Positions 36,585 to 49,614 of a DNA stretch of 64,000 bases are shown in pieces. The position numbers were made by a program, and so were the translations under genes. Numbering within the stretch: position 1 is the stretch's first letter; each line of letters begins with the position of its first letter. Source of the DNA: Pseudogymnoascus verrucosus (lineage: Eukaryota); NCBI GenBank assembly GCA_001662655.1, contig KV460208.1; one strand, given 5' to 3'. The notes under the pieces were generated by a model, which worked only from the letters and a program-made list of their open reading frames with translations, was not told where the DNA came from and did no database searches.

Positions 36585-39500
36585 ATGCCAGTATCGCTGA
36601 GGACAACGGTGTTGAGAAGTACTGCTGGTTCCTCACTTGACAGCCAAACCAACGGAGATGGACGGGGGCGTGCCGGCGGGAATCGAACTAAAGAAAAGAG
36701 GTGCCAATACTGCAGAAGATCCTTCAAGAAGACAGAGCATCTTTTACGACATGAGCGAAGCCATACGAAGGAGAAGCCATTTCGTTGCGAATTGTGCAGT
36801 AAGGGCTACAGCAGACAGTACTCCCTCCACCAAGATCTGTACGGTGGCACCTGGCTAATTATCGTAGTGACACCTTACTTCGACATTCCAAAACCCACGG
36901 CCTTGAGATTTCACATCCCCAAGCAGGCATTACTCTATCGCAGATGAATCACAGTAACCGAGTATCTTCTAAGGACCCAGACAGCGGCCAGGGCGCAGCA
37001 CACTACGCGACCGAACGGCTGCAGTCTAACCTTGACCCACAGCTTGATAGTATTCATGGTAGCCAGTTTGAAATGCCAGATGCAGTATACCCATCTGCTA
37101 TTTCAGGCAACACCATACATACCTTGAGCACAGAAACCCCAATAGGGGTAGACGGCCAAGCACAGTTTACAGGAGAGCCATTCTCTACACTGGCAGGAGG
37201 CCTAGACGAAGTTTCGCCATTAGCTGCAAATAACCTCTGGGGTTCATCACTTATGTCTATAGGCCCAGCTTGGCTCACAGACTATGACTTCGATCTCGAA
37301 GCATTAAACACGTCTGTCTCGGCTGCTGTGGAAACTGCTGAGCCATTGTTTCAGTCTCACATGAACCGAAATTTGGCGCAACAAATGCCACCTTCTGAAA
37401 TCACTCATGATAGTGAAGTCCGTAGGAGCATGAGGTTAGCTAACGACAACATTCATCGGGGATGGTTCTCTCATATTGATCGGCTCAACGACGAGGACGA
37501 TAATAGCGGGTTAACCACAGGACAACTGACACCTGCTATTACTGGGGATCAATATGATATAGGTGATAGCTTTCATCACAGGGTCTACCAACGTCTTAAG
37601 GCACGGTCCATTGAGGAGCCTCTGCCATCCACCCAGTTTCTAGTAAGCTCTACTTGCTATGCTAACGAATTAGAGGGAGGAAATTGACACTAAATACAGA
37701 ACCTATCCGTTCAGATTTACTTTACTAAATTTAATACCATTTTCCCTCTTATTCACGGTCAGACATTCCGCCCGACGCCAAAGAATTCTCTACTTGTGCT
37801 GTCAATCACATCCATAGGTAGCCTGATTCTCGGATCAAAAGCAGCAGCGGCTCAAGGAATTAGAATATTTGAAAGACTCAACAAGGCTATTTTGGGATCC
37901 GTGCGTATATGCGAGCTTACAGAATAACAAGCGTGATGCTAATCGTACCTTGCAGTGGGAAAAAATAATATCTTCCGACTCAACTGAAGCCGTATGCATG
38001 GTACAAGCAGCCATAGTTGGGCAGACATTCGCACTATTATCTGGGGTATGCTTGACCTCTTTGACCCTGAGCCGTTTCTGACAACAGATTCTCCTACAGA
38101 TTCCACAGCATCTTGCTATTGTTGAGGCCCTTCACGGCTCAGTTATTACTGTACGTCTATTATTCACTTTCATAGATTTGAACGCTAACTATGCTATTAT
38201 TAGTGGGCGCGAAGATGCCACATGTTCAACTATAGAATAAACCAACCCCAGGTCGAAAATCTTAGTGGCGCATCTTTAGATGAAGCATGGAAAGCTTGGG
38301 CTAGATCGGAGGAGATTGTAAGGTATGTAGGGGCCACGAACCCGTTATGACTCCCTTCATATTCTAACGACTCTCAGAGCAGTCCTAGGGTTATATATAC
38401 ATGATGCTAAGCTAGCTTGCATGTTTCATCATGAACCACTTCTTCGTCACAACTCAATCATGATGTCAGTGGCTGCTGACGACGACCTCTTTAATGCGCC
38501 AAGCGCAACCATTTGGAAGCGAAAGATGCTTCAGTCCGCATCCCGGTTAGCAGTACGCGATTGCCTACATATGAATCTCGACCACCATGGGACTCAACCA
38601 GTGCCACAAGAGCTGAGCTGGAAAAACAGCCACTTTACAGCATATGTAATACTTTATGGCATCTCTGCAACAATCAACGAGCAGCAACAGATGAATCAAC
38701 TACATCCTGATTCTGCCAATTTTACCAAATGCTTTGATGCCCTCATATGCTGGTATCAAACTTTTGCACAAGATGCCCACCTTTCCGAATCCAAAGAAGT
38801 CTCACGTCCAGACACACTCTGCCTTATGATACTTTGGCACAGTGTATTTATGTGTCTACTAACTAACTTTGACCTTCTCGAACGGGCCATTGGCCGCAAC
38901 GGCGCTGATAGCGCTACTTTGGATACAGACATGGCATATGCTACCAAGTGGGCAACATCTAGGGAGGCTCAACGTTGCATGCTCCACGTACACGCGCTGC
39001 TGAACTCTCTTGGTGCCATGCGGCTTGACGCAGAGGCTGCAATCCACGTCCCGCACTGCCTGTTTCTAGCAGGAATAGTCAGTTATTGCTTCACGCGCTT
39101 CCGTCGGCCCAATCCTGCGCTGCAATCCCCAGCTCACACACGTTTGTCTCGTCCTGAAACTCGTAGCCCTGCGTTACAGCCAGTTGTTGAGTTTCCTGAG
39201 TTCGAAGTACGAGGAGTGCCAATACCGCAGCATATCTTCGGCCCTCCTTCTGTCAACTCGAACGATCATGCCTCGCCCTTGACACCTGATGGTACGAGCA
39301 ATTCTTTCAACATTCAAGGAGATCAGACAACGCGATTCAGGGCCACATCAGGTGCAGGTGCAGCTATGATGTGTACCTTAATTGACATGCTCCAAAGAGT
39401 CGGCCATTGGGGTATTGCACGAACATACGCTGCGACGTTATCGACACTCGTGTGTGTAGACAGCGATGAGGACTGGAAGTTTATCTTGAGTGGTTACTAA
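36585..39500 (+). CDS. Two-finger C2H2 transcription factor with fungal-specific TF (Fungal_trans) domain, multi-exon
   Basis: CQYCRRSFKKTEHLLRHERSHTKEKPFRCELCSKGYSR(H)/DTLLRHSKTH, then LPSTQFL, YFTKFNTIFPLIHGQTF, WKAWARSEEI, LYIHDAKLA and FHHEPLLRH, over about 7 introns. Confidence 0.9.
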
Positions 39501-41197
39501 CAAGGAGGTTTCCACTAGCAAACACCATATATAATGTATAGAAGTAGGCCGGTAACTGAGCTTAAGAGGGAAAAGTGTCCACAGAAAGAGAACAATATAC
39601 CTCAACCATGAAACCTGTGGTATCTAAGGGGTAGTCGAAGATCCGTGGCTCTAGAATGTCTCCCATATTCTAAACTTAGGCATCTGTAGCGCCTCATTTG
39701 GTTGTGCTAGATATTTGTGTTGCTCTGTTCTAGCTTTGAGTCGGTTTCAGTAGACAGCCATGTAGTTGATTATGGGGGACTTACCCTTTTAAATCTGCTT
39801 AACTCTATACCACATACGAACTGCTGAGTAACTTATCTCGAGCTCCCTCCGCCATGTACAAGTATGATTTCGCACCATATTGTCTGAACCACGTTGCATG
39901 CTCGGTCCCTCTCAGACCGTCCCCCAAGAACTTCTGTATCTCGGTGGAGTCTGTCAGTTAATATGGCATATGCGAAAGCCGGGTTAGCTCGATCAGTTTG
40001 CTCTCGCTGATACTGTCCTGTGATTTCTAGTCGCTCTTGGCCACGGCTTCACTCGCCGGAAGCGAATATCTTTCTCACCTTTATTAGTGGGAAAGCCTTT
40101 GAGAGACGGATGAGCGTCTCCTGCCGGCAAGTCATCTTTGCTTAAGTGACGGCAGTGAGAAAGTGAGTTGGGGGGATAAAAGAGCGTAGAAGCTGGCTGC
40201 TTCTTGAAGACTTTCTGTGGCTGTGGCAATATGATATAGTAGAGCGTATTTAGCAATTATTATTATTCAAGAACGAGTAAAGTAGATTGAATCAGTATCT
40301 AAAACACTCGGGGTGCATCTAGATAGATAGGACCAGGAGTTCGCAGACCAGGAAGAGCTCAGCTCATCTACAGGGTTGGGTGACATATGGAATTAGTCTA
40401 GAGCTCAGCAGAATATGGTGGACAACGGGGGACCATGGGACTAGACCGTGGGACTGCGGGGAAGTGGGAAAACGAGGGACAATTGTTTAATGACGAAGGC
40501 TAGTCTAGATATGGGTTTACCCCTCACGAGATACTTCCTGGGAACAAATTTTAGCCATTGTGTTCCATCCATGAGTAGCTTATCTACGCAGAGAGTTCTG
40601 AGGTATTACGGAGAGGGTCATATTGCGTAGCATCCTGAGTAAGCCCAGTTACCTTGATTTTTTACGCTGTACAGATATATTTTTTGGACAAGGAAGTGTG
40701 GAACGAGGAACGAATGAAGTATGTGGGACAACGAATAGGTCCCACAAACTAGGTGCGGGTGCGACGTGCGTTCCCTTGGATGGAACCTACCACGGGACGG
40801 ACGACCATCTCTGGCAAGGTCAGATTAAATTCGTTTACTAGCTGCATCTCCCTCTGGTATGTGTTTCTCGGCGTTGCAGTGTCGACCTAGAGTCTCCTTG
40901 AGTCAGGCCAAATCGTGTTGCGCCACCCGCAGGACGGAAGAGGATGGTTTTCCTCTGTCCTATGAGCCCGATAAAAGTATGTCACTGAGGCCCTCCTATA
41001 TGCTATACGAAAAGATGTTAAAAGCAAGGATTCCCAGTCCATAGGTCTTATGTTTCGTGCAAGGCTAGTATCCGAACAAAAATCACCATCTTCCCACGTG
41101 CCACTCTCATATCTCTATAGCAAAGACACACACCTTTCTATTCTATTCTCCCTTCTCCGTTCTCATACCTTTATCATCATTATTATACTTTACAAAT

Positions 41198-43053
41198 ATG
41201 AGTTCAGATGAGTTCCTGGAAATACTGCCGGGGACAGAGGTGATGAAAGATCACGATGGCATCCATTTCATTCATGACCGGAACTCCACACAAGGCCTTA
41301 TTTTGCTTCCAACTCCGTCCGAGCATGCCCATGACCCGCTGGTAAACTTAAAATAATTCCGTAGCTAACCTAGGCAACTTCGCTAACTTCCAAAAGAACT
41401 GGAGCAGACTCTGGAAATTGGGTGCAATCGCCAATCAAGGAATATTTGTGATTATCAGCGTCGTGACGAATCTCTCGATTGCCCCTTTAACGCCAATCTA
41501 TATGAGCGAGTGGAACAAGTCAGTGTCACAGGTAGCGCTTCTGGTACGTTTGACATTTCTCCTCAATATTTATATTCACAGCTAACCTGGGTTTTTCAGA
41601 CTGGAGCATGTATCATCGCCCTTGGATATGCAAATTTCATCATTGTCCCTGCCTCAGATATCTTTGGGCGTCGAATAACTACCCTTAGTTGCGGCATTAT
41701 ATGCATTGCAGCTAACATATGGTCGGCAACCGCAACATCATATCAGTCATTTCTTGGTGCTCGTATACTTGGTGGACTTGGTGCGGCTGCTAATGAGAGC
41801 ATTATGACTATGGTCGTGGCAGATATTTTTTTCCTCCATGAACGTGGTTCATACATTGGACTATACTTGTAAGCAACTTACATCGACTGAAATAATCGAT
41901 TACTAACGCGCTAAAGTTGGTGCTATTTCATGGGGCTCTTTGTTGGACCGATCATTTCCGGCAATATTGCTGCTCACGTCTCCTGGAGATGGTTCTTCTG
42001 GGCTTGTACAATAGCTCAATTTCTCAATGTCATTGTTATGGCGGCGCTCTTTCCGGAATCACGCCGGCCACATGAGATGCAGATTTTGCAGATAGCTCCC
42101 GCCCAGTCTTCGGAAGGGTTAACTGAGGAAGAGAAGGGACTATCAAGTCAGGTTGAAGCTACTAATGAGACCATCCTAGCGGACAAATACCTCGGCCGCG
42201 GAAAGCCCAACAGGAGTCAATTCAGCCCTTTCCAACCTATTGATCATCAGGCGGCAAAAGCTATATTTCGACATATCGTAACGCCTGTTCAGATTTTCTT
42301 CTTTCCTATTGTCCTGTGGGCAGCAATGTCCATGGGCGCAGCCGCCAATGCGTTGCTCGCAGTTAACCTAACACAATCGCAAGGTCTTTCAGCGCCTCCG
42401 TACAACTGGTCTCCGGGGAGTGTAGGATTCGCCAACTTTGCACTTGTCGGCGGAGGTGTTATAGGTCTGGCCATTGCTGGTCCATGGTCGGACTTAGTAA
42501 TCATGCGGGCAACGAAGAAGAACAACGGAATTAGAGAACCAGAAATGAGACTGGCAGCGTTGTATCCGTTTATTGCAGCAGCGCTAGTCGGCTTGGTTGT
42601 GAGTTTACCTAGATCTACCTATAACCTGTATACTACTTACTGTACTAGATTATTGGAGTTGGATACGATCGACATTGGCCCTGGCAAGTTATTGTGGTGC
42701 TAGGTTTTGGTCTCGTTGGCGTCCAAGTTGTCAGCATCCCGACGATTGCAATTACTTATGCAATTGATTGCTATAAACCTATCGCTGGCCAGATCATGGC
42801 TATATCGACCGTCTGTAAGAATACTTTTGGGGTAAGACATCTGACTTCCTGTGATGAAGTATTGTCTAACATAACACAGTTCGGAATGACCTATTACTAC
42901 AACGACTGGGTAGTAACTTCTGGATTCACACCGCCACTCATGATGATTATGGCCTTGACCGTAGGGTTCTCACTTGTTGGAACTATTCTATTTCCATATT
43001 TTGGCAAGAGTCTGCGCAGGTGGACTCGAGCTTCGAAGGTCCACAGCTTTTAA
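41198..43053 (+). CDS. MFS transporter (DHA1/HOL1-like), multi-exon
   Basis: LPGTEVM, PTPSEHAHDPL/NWS, FGRR, DIFFLHERG, SWRWFFW, NNGIREPEMRL and YAIDCYKP motifs, with many hydrophobic segments. Confidence 0.92.
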
Positions 43054-43154
43054 ACATAGTCAAGCTGTATAATTGTAATTTTGGTTCCTTCTTAATGCGA
43101 CTTAGATCATAGTGTCGTGCAACCAATGTTACGATGCTACGATGTAGATGCTGT

Positions 43155-43262
43155 GTCCCACCACCCTAGCGTCCCACCATCCTAGCCTCCTCCCATCCAA
43201 CTGTCCCACCATCCTAGCGTCCCACCATCCCACCATCCATCTCACTGCCCCACCATCCCATC
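43155..43262. repeat. Minisatellite of GTCCCACCATCCTAGC-like units upstream of the dioxygenase
   Basis: GTCCCAC at 43155, 43171, 43203 and 43219 (16-bp period), plus degenerate CCCACCATCC copies. Confidence 0.9.
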
Positions 43263-43490
43263 CGGGTGACATATCCGGTATTTGCGGGGGAGCTCCACAA
43301 CGATAGAGGGGAATAGGATAAGTCGTTCGATTGCCAAAGTTTGTCGCCGTCCAGTGCAGTTGATAATCAAATTATATATCGACTATCCCTAACTGTCGTT
43401 GCGAAAGTTCAAATCGCATCATCTACAACGGTCTCCTGCCTACTTAGAGTTCTAACAGATTACCTGACGCGAATAGTAGAAGACCGCAAA

Positions 43491-44609
43491 ATGGCCGCCG
43501 AGAAAGCCTTCACGGGAAATATGAAGGACCTAACAAGCGAGAACATCACTGAAAATGTGCAAATTATCAACTCACAATGCGACGACCGCAGGTTGAAATT
43601 CCTAATCAATCGCTTGGTCCTACATATCCATGACCTTGTTCGCGAGACACGGCTAAGCACCAAGGAGTGGATGGCAGCGATCCATTTTCTGACGGAGGTC
43701 GGCCAAATTTGCTCGGATGCGCGACAGGTAGGCGAAAGCATTAAACCTTCTTCAGTCGTTATGTGAGCAATGCTGACTTACGACATAGGAATTCGTGCTT
43801 CTCTCTGACATTCTCGGCCTGTCATTATTAGTCGATTCTGTTGACCACCCTTGCCCGCCGGGCGCCACTGATCCAACTGTGTTAGGCCCATTCCATACAG
43901 AGGAAGCACACGAGATTGGCCACGGCGAAGGCCTCAGCCATGATCCAGATGGAGAGCCATGTCTTTGCATCTGTACCGTGAAGGACCTTGACGGCAAACC
44001 TATCGAGGATGCGAAAGTCGACATCTGGGAGACAGATTCCAAGGGCTTCTACGACGTGCAATATGCAAATCGTGATGGGCCAGATGGACGCGCGGTTCTG
44101 AGGAGCGACGCAGAGGGAGTGTTCTGGTACAAGGCGATTGTGCCGGTGCCGTATCCTATTCCGCATGATGGCCCAGTCGGAAAGCTGCTGGGAAGGTTGA
44201 AGAGACATCCGTACAGGCCAAGTCATATGCATTTTATGTTTGAAAAGGACGGATTCGATCCCTTAGTTACGTAAGTCTATATTGCTGATACTTTCTCCTC
44301 TCTCCCTTCACTTAACAGAAAAGCTGACTGATCAGCGCCCTCTATCTTAAAAACGACCCATATATCGACTCGGACGCTGTTTTTGGCGTCAAGGAATCGC
44401 TGGTTATCGAACTAGAAGAGGTTACGGACGAGAAGATGGAAGAGCAGTATGGAGTCAAGATTGGCACCAAACTCCTCAGGTATAACTTTGTGCTGGTTAC
44501 GAATGAGGTGGCTATGGAGCTAAGGTTAGAGAAGGCCGAAGATGCGATGAAGGCACAAGCTATTGATGTCTTGTTCATCGACGGCCTGCCCGTACCTGCT
44601 TTAGATTAG
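43491..44609 (+). CDS. Intradiol ring-cleavage dioxygenase, hydroxyquinol 1,2-dioxygenase type, 3 exons
   Basis: ITENVQIINS...LHIHDLVRETRLSTKEW, RQ/EFVLLSDILGLS and TVLGPFH. Fe ligands in FYDVQY, PYPIPHDGPVG and RPSHMHF, plus DAVFGVKESL. Stop TAG 44607-44609. Confidence 0.93.
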
Positions 44610-45345
44610 GGGAAAGGGGATTTATAAAAGAATTGACACAGTTGCATATGCAGTATTGCAATATTATATTTATTATTTAACTCAGTAACTTAAATTTTAA
44701 ATATAAAAGATAGAAAAATATACCCCTAGGTGACGCGCGTTCCATCGACACAGTGGTACACATTCCGATTTTATATTGCGACCTCTGGTTGAAATGCGGA
44801 CAAGTTTCTTTCATTCTATATGTATATCTGTAGCCTTTTTTATTTATTTCGGGATAGAGTGCTATGGTGTGACACCACTAATTTGTCACTTTTTCTATAG
44901 TGTTGGTTGTTGGAGCTAGGTTTGGTTGTGCATACGGACTTTGGATCATACTATCAAAACGTTACTTACATCCTTCACCTTTCTTCCGTTCCTTTCTGTT
45001 GCAGCCGCTTTCCAGCACGCACATGCCGACACGCGATCTAGGGTGACAGGTTAGTTGATACTTTACATCTGGGGTATAGAACCTTCATGACCTTATTGCT
45101 TTTCAAAATGGTAACTCGAGTTCTGAATTTGCAGTTTTCATCATTGCATTTCAACATTATGTGATTGCTAGCAATCTTTATCATGATTTCTGATACGTAT
45201 TGATTATATTGTAGCCAACATCTAAGCTCTCGAGGTACCGATAGTGTAAAAAAACTTCAAAATGGAGGGGTGGAAATGTGTGTAACATTTTTGTCATTTA
45301 TTAATAATTTTTGTGTAAGTTCAGTCATTTTCGCACTCACACCCC

Positions 45346-47563
45346 TTAAATGCTACCATATATACAATTCGGAACAAGATCCAACGCTTCCCGCAACTCC
45401 CCCACATTTTGGCATGATGCAAACACCATCCGATCCCATCTGACAATCACATATACCACACTCGCGCCAAGATCCTTCTTGATGCGATGTGGGTCGTAGT
45501 ACAGCGGTGCTGGCCTAGTCAAGTTTGTAGCGAGGGCGGCATCCGTGATCCCAGCCGCCGTATACTCTTCTGCGTCAAGGATGCGCACGCATGGCGTACT
45601 TCTGTTTAGTACCTTAAGATCCGGTGAATCTACCGGCACGCTCCCAAACTGGTTGTCGACCACGTACGTGGTTTCTGCGGTGTTCAGAATAGTGCCATTT
45701 TCAATCTGACGCGAGACGCTTTTGATGTTGCCCACTGCGAGAGGAAGCTGGTCAGGTGAATCGAGTAGAGCCACTATTTGGAAACAGCCTTTCTTTTCAG
45801 ATCTGAATATGGCGTCATCGGTAAACATTGGAGTGGACGGCGCGGGCCCGTCAATTGGGGCACAGAAAACTTGAGGGAACGACTTCCCACCACCGAACTG
45901 AGGCAGGAACGGCATGCCTGCAGCCCATTCGTACTTCGTCATGCCTTGGGCTCTTGGACCTTGCTCTAAGGACCTCTTCCACGAAGGCACGAGCTGGACG
46001 GCCCACAGATACAAATTTCGGAAGAGTGCTTTGATGCGGGATGGCTCGTTGCAGTAGTTTCCGTTCGCAATAGTTGCAGCCAAGGATCGCTCGAGTTGCT
46101 GCTTGCGCTCCAAGTACCAGCCTCGGAAGAGGAAATCATAGTCTTTGCAGGATGGGCTGGTAGCGACACGGAGTCGCCAAGCAAGGGATATGGCATCTCG
46201 AAATCCGGATGCGATGCCTTGTCCTCCAACTGTAGCGGTTAGAAGATAATTCGACCATGGATCATAATATTATTGCTTACAAGGTGGGAAGACGTGAGCC
46301 GCGTCACCGCAAAGAACTACACGTCCTAAAGACCAACGATTGCAGCTTCTTGCGGAGAACGTAAACGGGCGAGACCTAATGTATTCTATACAATCTTCTG
46401 GCCAAGACACATCTTTGGAAAGGCTGTTCTATAATCAGCATAGAGAAAGGTAAAATGTTGGTTACGGGCCTGCATACCCATATTTCTTGCCTGGATGCCG
46501 TAGGTAGGGTAGGATTATCTTCTTCGTCTCGTCTTGTGTTGACATCTGGTTGCCATCCTCTCCATCTTTTACGACAAATTCGAAGCGCCAAAGACGATCT
46601 TCCGCTAGTCCAAAACGACCACAAACCGCGGGCCTCGCAGGATCGCAAATAAAATTAAAATATGGAGGGAAAAATAAGTCGTATACCTGTTCCGGCGCGT
46701 AGCCTAGTTCCCAAAGAGGGAATTCCGGATGGGATTTAAGAGTTGGAAGAGTCAGGCGCCAATTCAGAGCAACCCATTCTGCCTCATAGCGGAAGCTTTC
46801 ACATATCAGCTAAAATAAAATAAAAACAACCGTAGACACTTACCCGTCACTTCTCTCCATGACAACACCGCGAGGTTCGAGATACTTCTTTCTCGTGTAG
46901 CCTGTCTTTCCGTCTGCACCAACAAAAAACTTTGCGCTGACCTTTTGCGTTTGGCCGTTGCCATCCGTGTATTCGACGTGGACGAGATTCTCGTCTTCTG
47001 CAATAGCAGTGATTGTCGAATTTGGTCGAAAATCGCAGAACGTCGTGTTCATGGCGAGCCTCAAATGCTTCTCCAAGATTGGTTGTTTGTGAGACATGAA
47101 TCCAACATGGCCGGTGCCCCCTGTAATCTGTCCCGATGGTCAGAACAACCTGACGAAAATGTTCGGGTAGGAGTGTCTCACAGAATTCTCATTGAACTGC
47201 AGGAATGGCTTGCACGTGAGACCGTTTCCTCCATTAATAAACCGAAATAATCCGAGAGCTTTAAATTGGGTTAGCGCTGCAAACCAGAAAACGCATCGTT
47301 CTATAGTCCGCATCGTGCTTTAGAGCCAACCTACATTGACCGACTTCTCGGAATAGCTCCTCATACTTTCCTACGCCCTGAACGCATCGAATGCCATCCT
47401 CATCCAGAACAATGCCCCTAGGATCCGACGTGATAGCAGACTCTTTCTCTAAGATAAGATGCTTCACACCCAGCCGTCCCAAATTAGCTGAGAGCAGTGC
47501 ACCTGTTGGACCACATCCGCAAATGATCACCTCGAACTCTTCAGTGGCTGTGAAGGAGGGCAT
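45346..47563 (-). CDS. FAD-dependent aromatic monooxygenase (group A; MhpA/3-hydroxyphenylpropionate hydroxylase-like), multi-exon
   Basis: GCGPTG Rossmann motif, DPRGIVLDEDGIR, VGADG, WRFEF and LCGDAAHVFPP/FGGQGIASGFRDA. The exon joins checked are in frame. Confidence 0.92.
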
Positions 47564-48531
47564 GTTCAGGGATCGTACTGATGGGATTGACAGGTTCTAC
47601 AAGACTGTCAACTGGCGTGTTGGTAGCGCAGGCCAGATGAAGAGGAGAGAAGACCGTCAATGTTCTTGTATAATTATTCAAGATAAGGGGATAAAATGAA
47701 TAGAACACCTCGAGGGCACGAATAACGGCCCCAAACTTTCTATAAGAATGATATCGGAAATAGAAACGTACGACCCGAGTCTGATAGCCTAACGAGGCCA
47801 TCTTTGACTTTCAGATGCAGGTCGAGCGGCGGGGACGATATCGCGTAGAGGAGGGTCCCACGACATAGCAAACACCAGACATTAGATACCGCATAGGAGG
47901 GGCAAGTGCGGGGAATAAAATTATTAACAAGCGGGTGGTTTCGAGGGTGATAGACTTTGTAAAAGCGTCTCCACCATCATCGGTTACTTTTTGCAAAATG
48001 TAACTGCAGCGAGGGCCACAAGAGGGGCGCTTGTTAGATGGGAGAGCGAATTAAGGAGATGTACACAGTAGTGGGCCCATGATTCCGCGCCATTCTCAAA
48101 CCTAAGAGTGCGTTATCCCGCCGTCCCACCAAGCTGTTATCTCCACATCCCCAACGTCCCGCGACTTCCCACCCGGTCCCGCAGTCCCAGCAAGTCTTCC
48201 GTACACTTGTATTACGGAACCTGACTCCAAGTTTCATGTGGCACCCTTTGGCTCAGACTCAAACTTTTACTCGAGATATTTAGCCCCGTACTTTCTTTTA
48301 TCTTCGCCTTCTAAGAAAGGGCTTTTGATGGTAGGGATAGACTCTTCTGTCGCTAGCACGAGTGGGAGCCGTAAATAGTCATTAACGAAAAATGAAATAT
48401 TCTTGTTCGTCCTGCAACGATGAGCATCACAGTCTTCATTCGGGTCTAAAATAGGGGCATTTATCTATTGTACCTATTGTACTTGCTGGACGGTTATAGC
48501 AGGATGAAAGAAAGATTAAATACCACACTGG

Positions 48532-49614
48532 TCACAAATTGGCTTTGGCAGGCTCACCAGCCCATGCCCTGCGTATTAGCTCCCTAATACCCTCCCTTTC
48601 AACCTTCCTCGGGTTCCAGTACGGATTAGAAACGGCGATATCGGCCGCCTTGTCTACGTCCTCTTCGTTCATCCCGAATTCCTTCAATCCACGCTTAACC
48701 TGCAGACTATCGAGTAAAGCATTCAGGCCCTTTATCGCATCTCCGTCACTATCTGGTAGTGCCCCAGCTAACTGATTCATGACTCCTTGGATTTCTGGGG
48801 CGTTGTATGCCAACGCGTGCGGCAGTACTATTGTGTGTGTCTCCGCGTGTGGAAGATTGAACGAGCCACCAAGAGTATGACAGAGCTTGTGATGGAGACT
48901 CATGCCAACAGAGCCAAGACAGAGACCGCAGAGCCAGGCGCCATATAGTGCCTTTGTTCTTGATTCAGTGTCGTTTGGTGTCCGTATAATTCGAGGGAGC
49001 GAGCAGGCAAGCGCTTTTGTGCCCTCGAGAGCAAGCAGGGTTATAATCGGGTTGCCGTTTTGGGCATACAGAGCCTCCACCGCGTGAGCAATAGCGTTGA
49101 CACCGCTGGTAGCCGACATAGAAGCTGGGAGCGACATTGTGAGGTCAACGTCATAAATTACAGTCTTGGGAAGGATTTTTTGATCGCTTTTTGTCTTCTT
49201 GACTCCGTCAGCAGTTTCGCCAAGGATTGGCGTCATTTCCGAGCCTGCATATGTCGTTGGAATACAGATGTGAGGCAACCCAGTTCGGAAGCTTATTGCC
49301 TTTCCGAGGCCAATCGTGCTGCCGCCACCAATGGAGATGATACTATCAGCGGAAACTGATTTTGCATATTCAACTGCTTTTTCTGTGACGTTCGTAGGCG
49401 TGTGCATCGTCGCCTCTGTGAATATTCCCGCGATGTTGCCCTTTAGAATTTTCTTCAGCATCTCGGCCTGTGAGGCTTGTTGAGCTGTTGAGAGGAGAAG
49501 AGGCGCTTTGAGGGATTGCCGCGAGATTTCGGCGGGGAGTTCTTGGATGGTCCCTTTGCCAAATATGACATGAGCTGGCGAGGCATTGTATATGAAGTTA
49601 TTAGAGAGGTCCAT
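48532..49614 (-). CDS. Maleylacetate reductase (iron-containing ADH family)
   Basis: HVIFGKG, ATMHTP, GGGSTIGLGKAI, IPTTYAGSEMT, SGVNAIAHAVEALY, HHKLCHTLGGSFNLPHAETH and NPYWNPR. Intronless. Confidence 0.93.
   Translation of the reverse strand: MDLSNNFIYNASPAHVIFGKGTIQELPAEISRQSLKAPLLLSTAQQASQAEMLKKILKGNIAGIFTEATMHTPTNVTEKAVEYAKSVSADSIISIGGGSTIGLGKAISFRTGLPHICIPTTYAGSEMTPILGETADGVKKTKSDQKILPKTVIYDVDLTMSLPASMSATSGVNAIAHAVEALYAQNGNPIITLLALEGTKALACSLPRIIRTPNDTESRTKALYGAWLCGLCLGSVGMSLHHKLCHTLGGSFNLPHAETHTIVLPHALAYNAPEIQGVMNQLAGALPDSDGDAIKGLNALLDSLQVKRGLKEFGMNEEDVDKAADIAVSNPYWNPRKVEREGIRELIRRAWAGEPAKANL

Noticed and set aside
39540..40260. Possible pseudogene remnant downstream of the C2H2 TF
   Set aside because: Translations in the frames I checked gave no recognisable similarity. 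It cannot be supported without a search.
44725..45043. Possible MITE bounded by CCCTAG...CTAGGG between the convergent dioxygenase and monooxygenase
   Set aside because: The inverted match is only ~6 bp plus a loose ACGCG, with no convincing target-site duplication.
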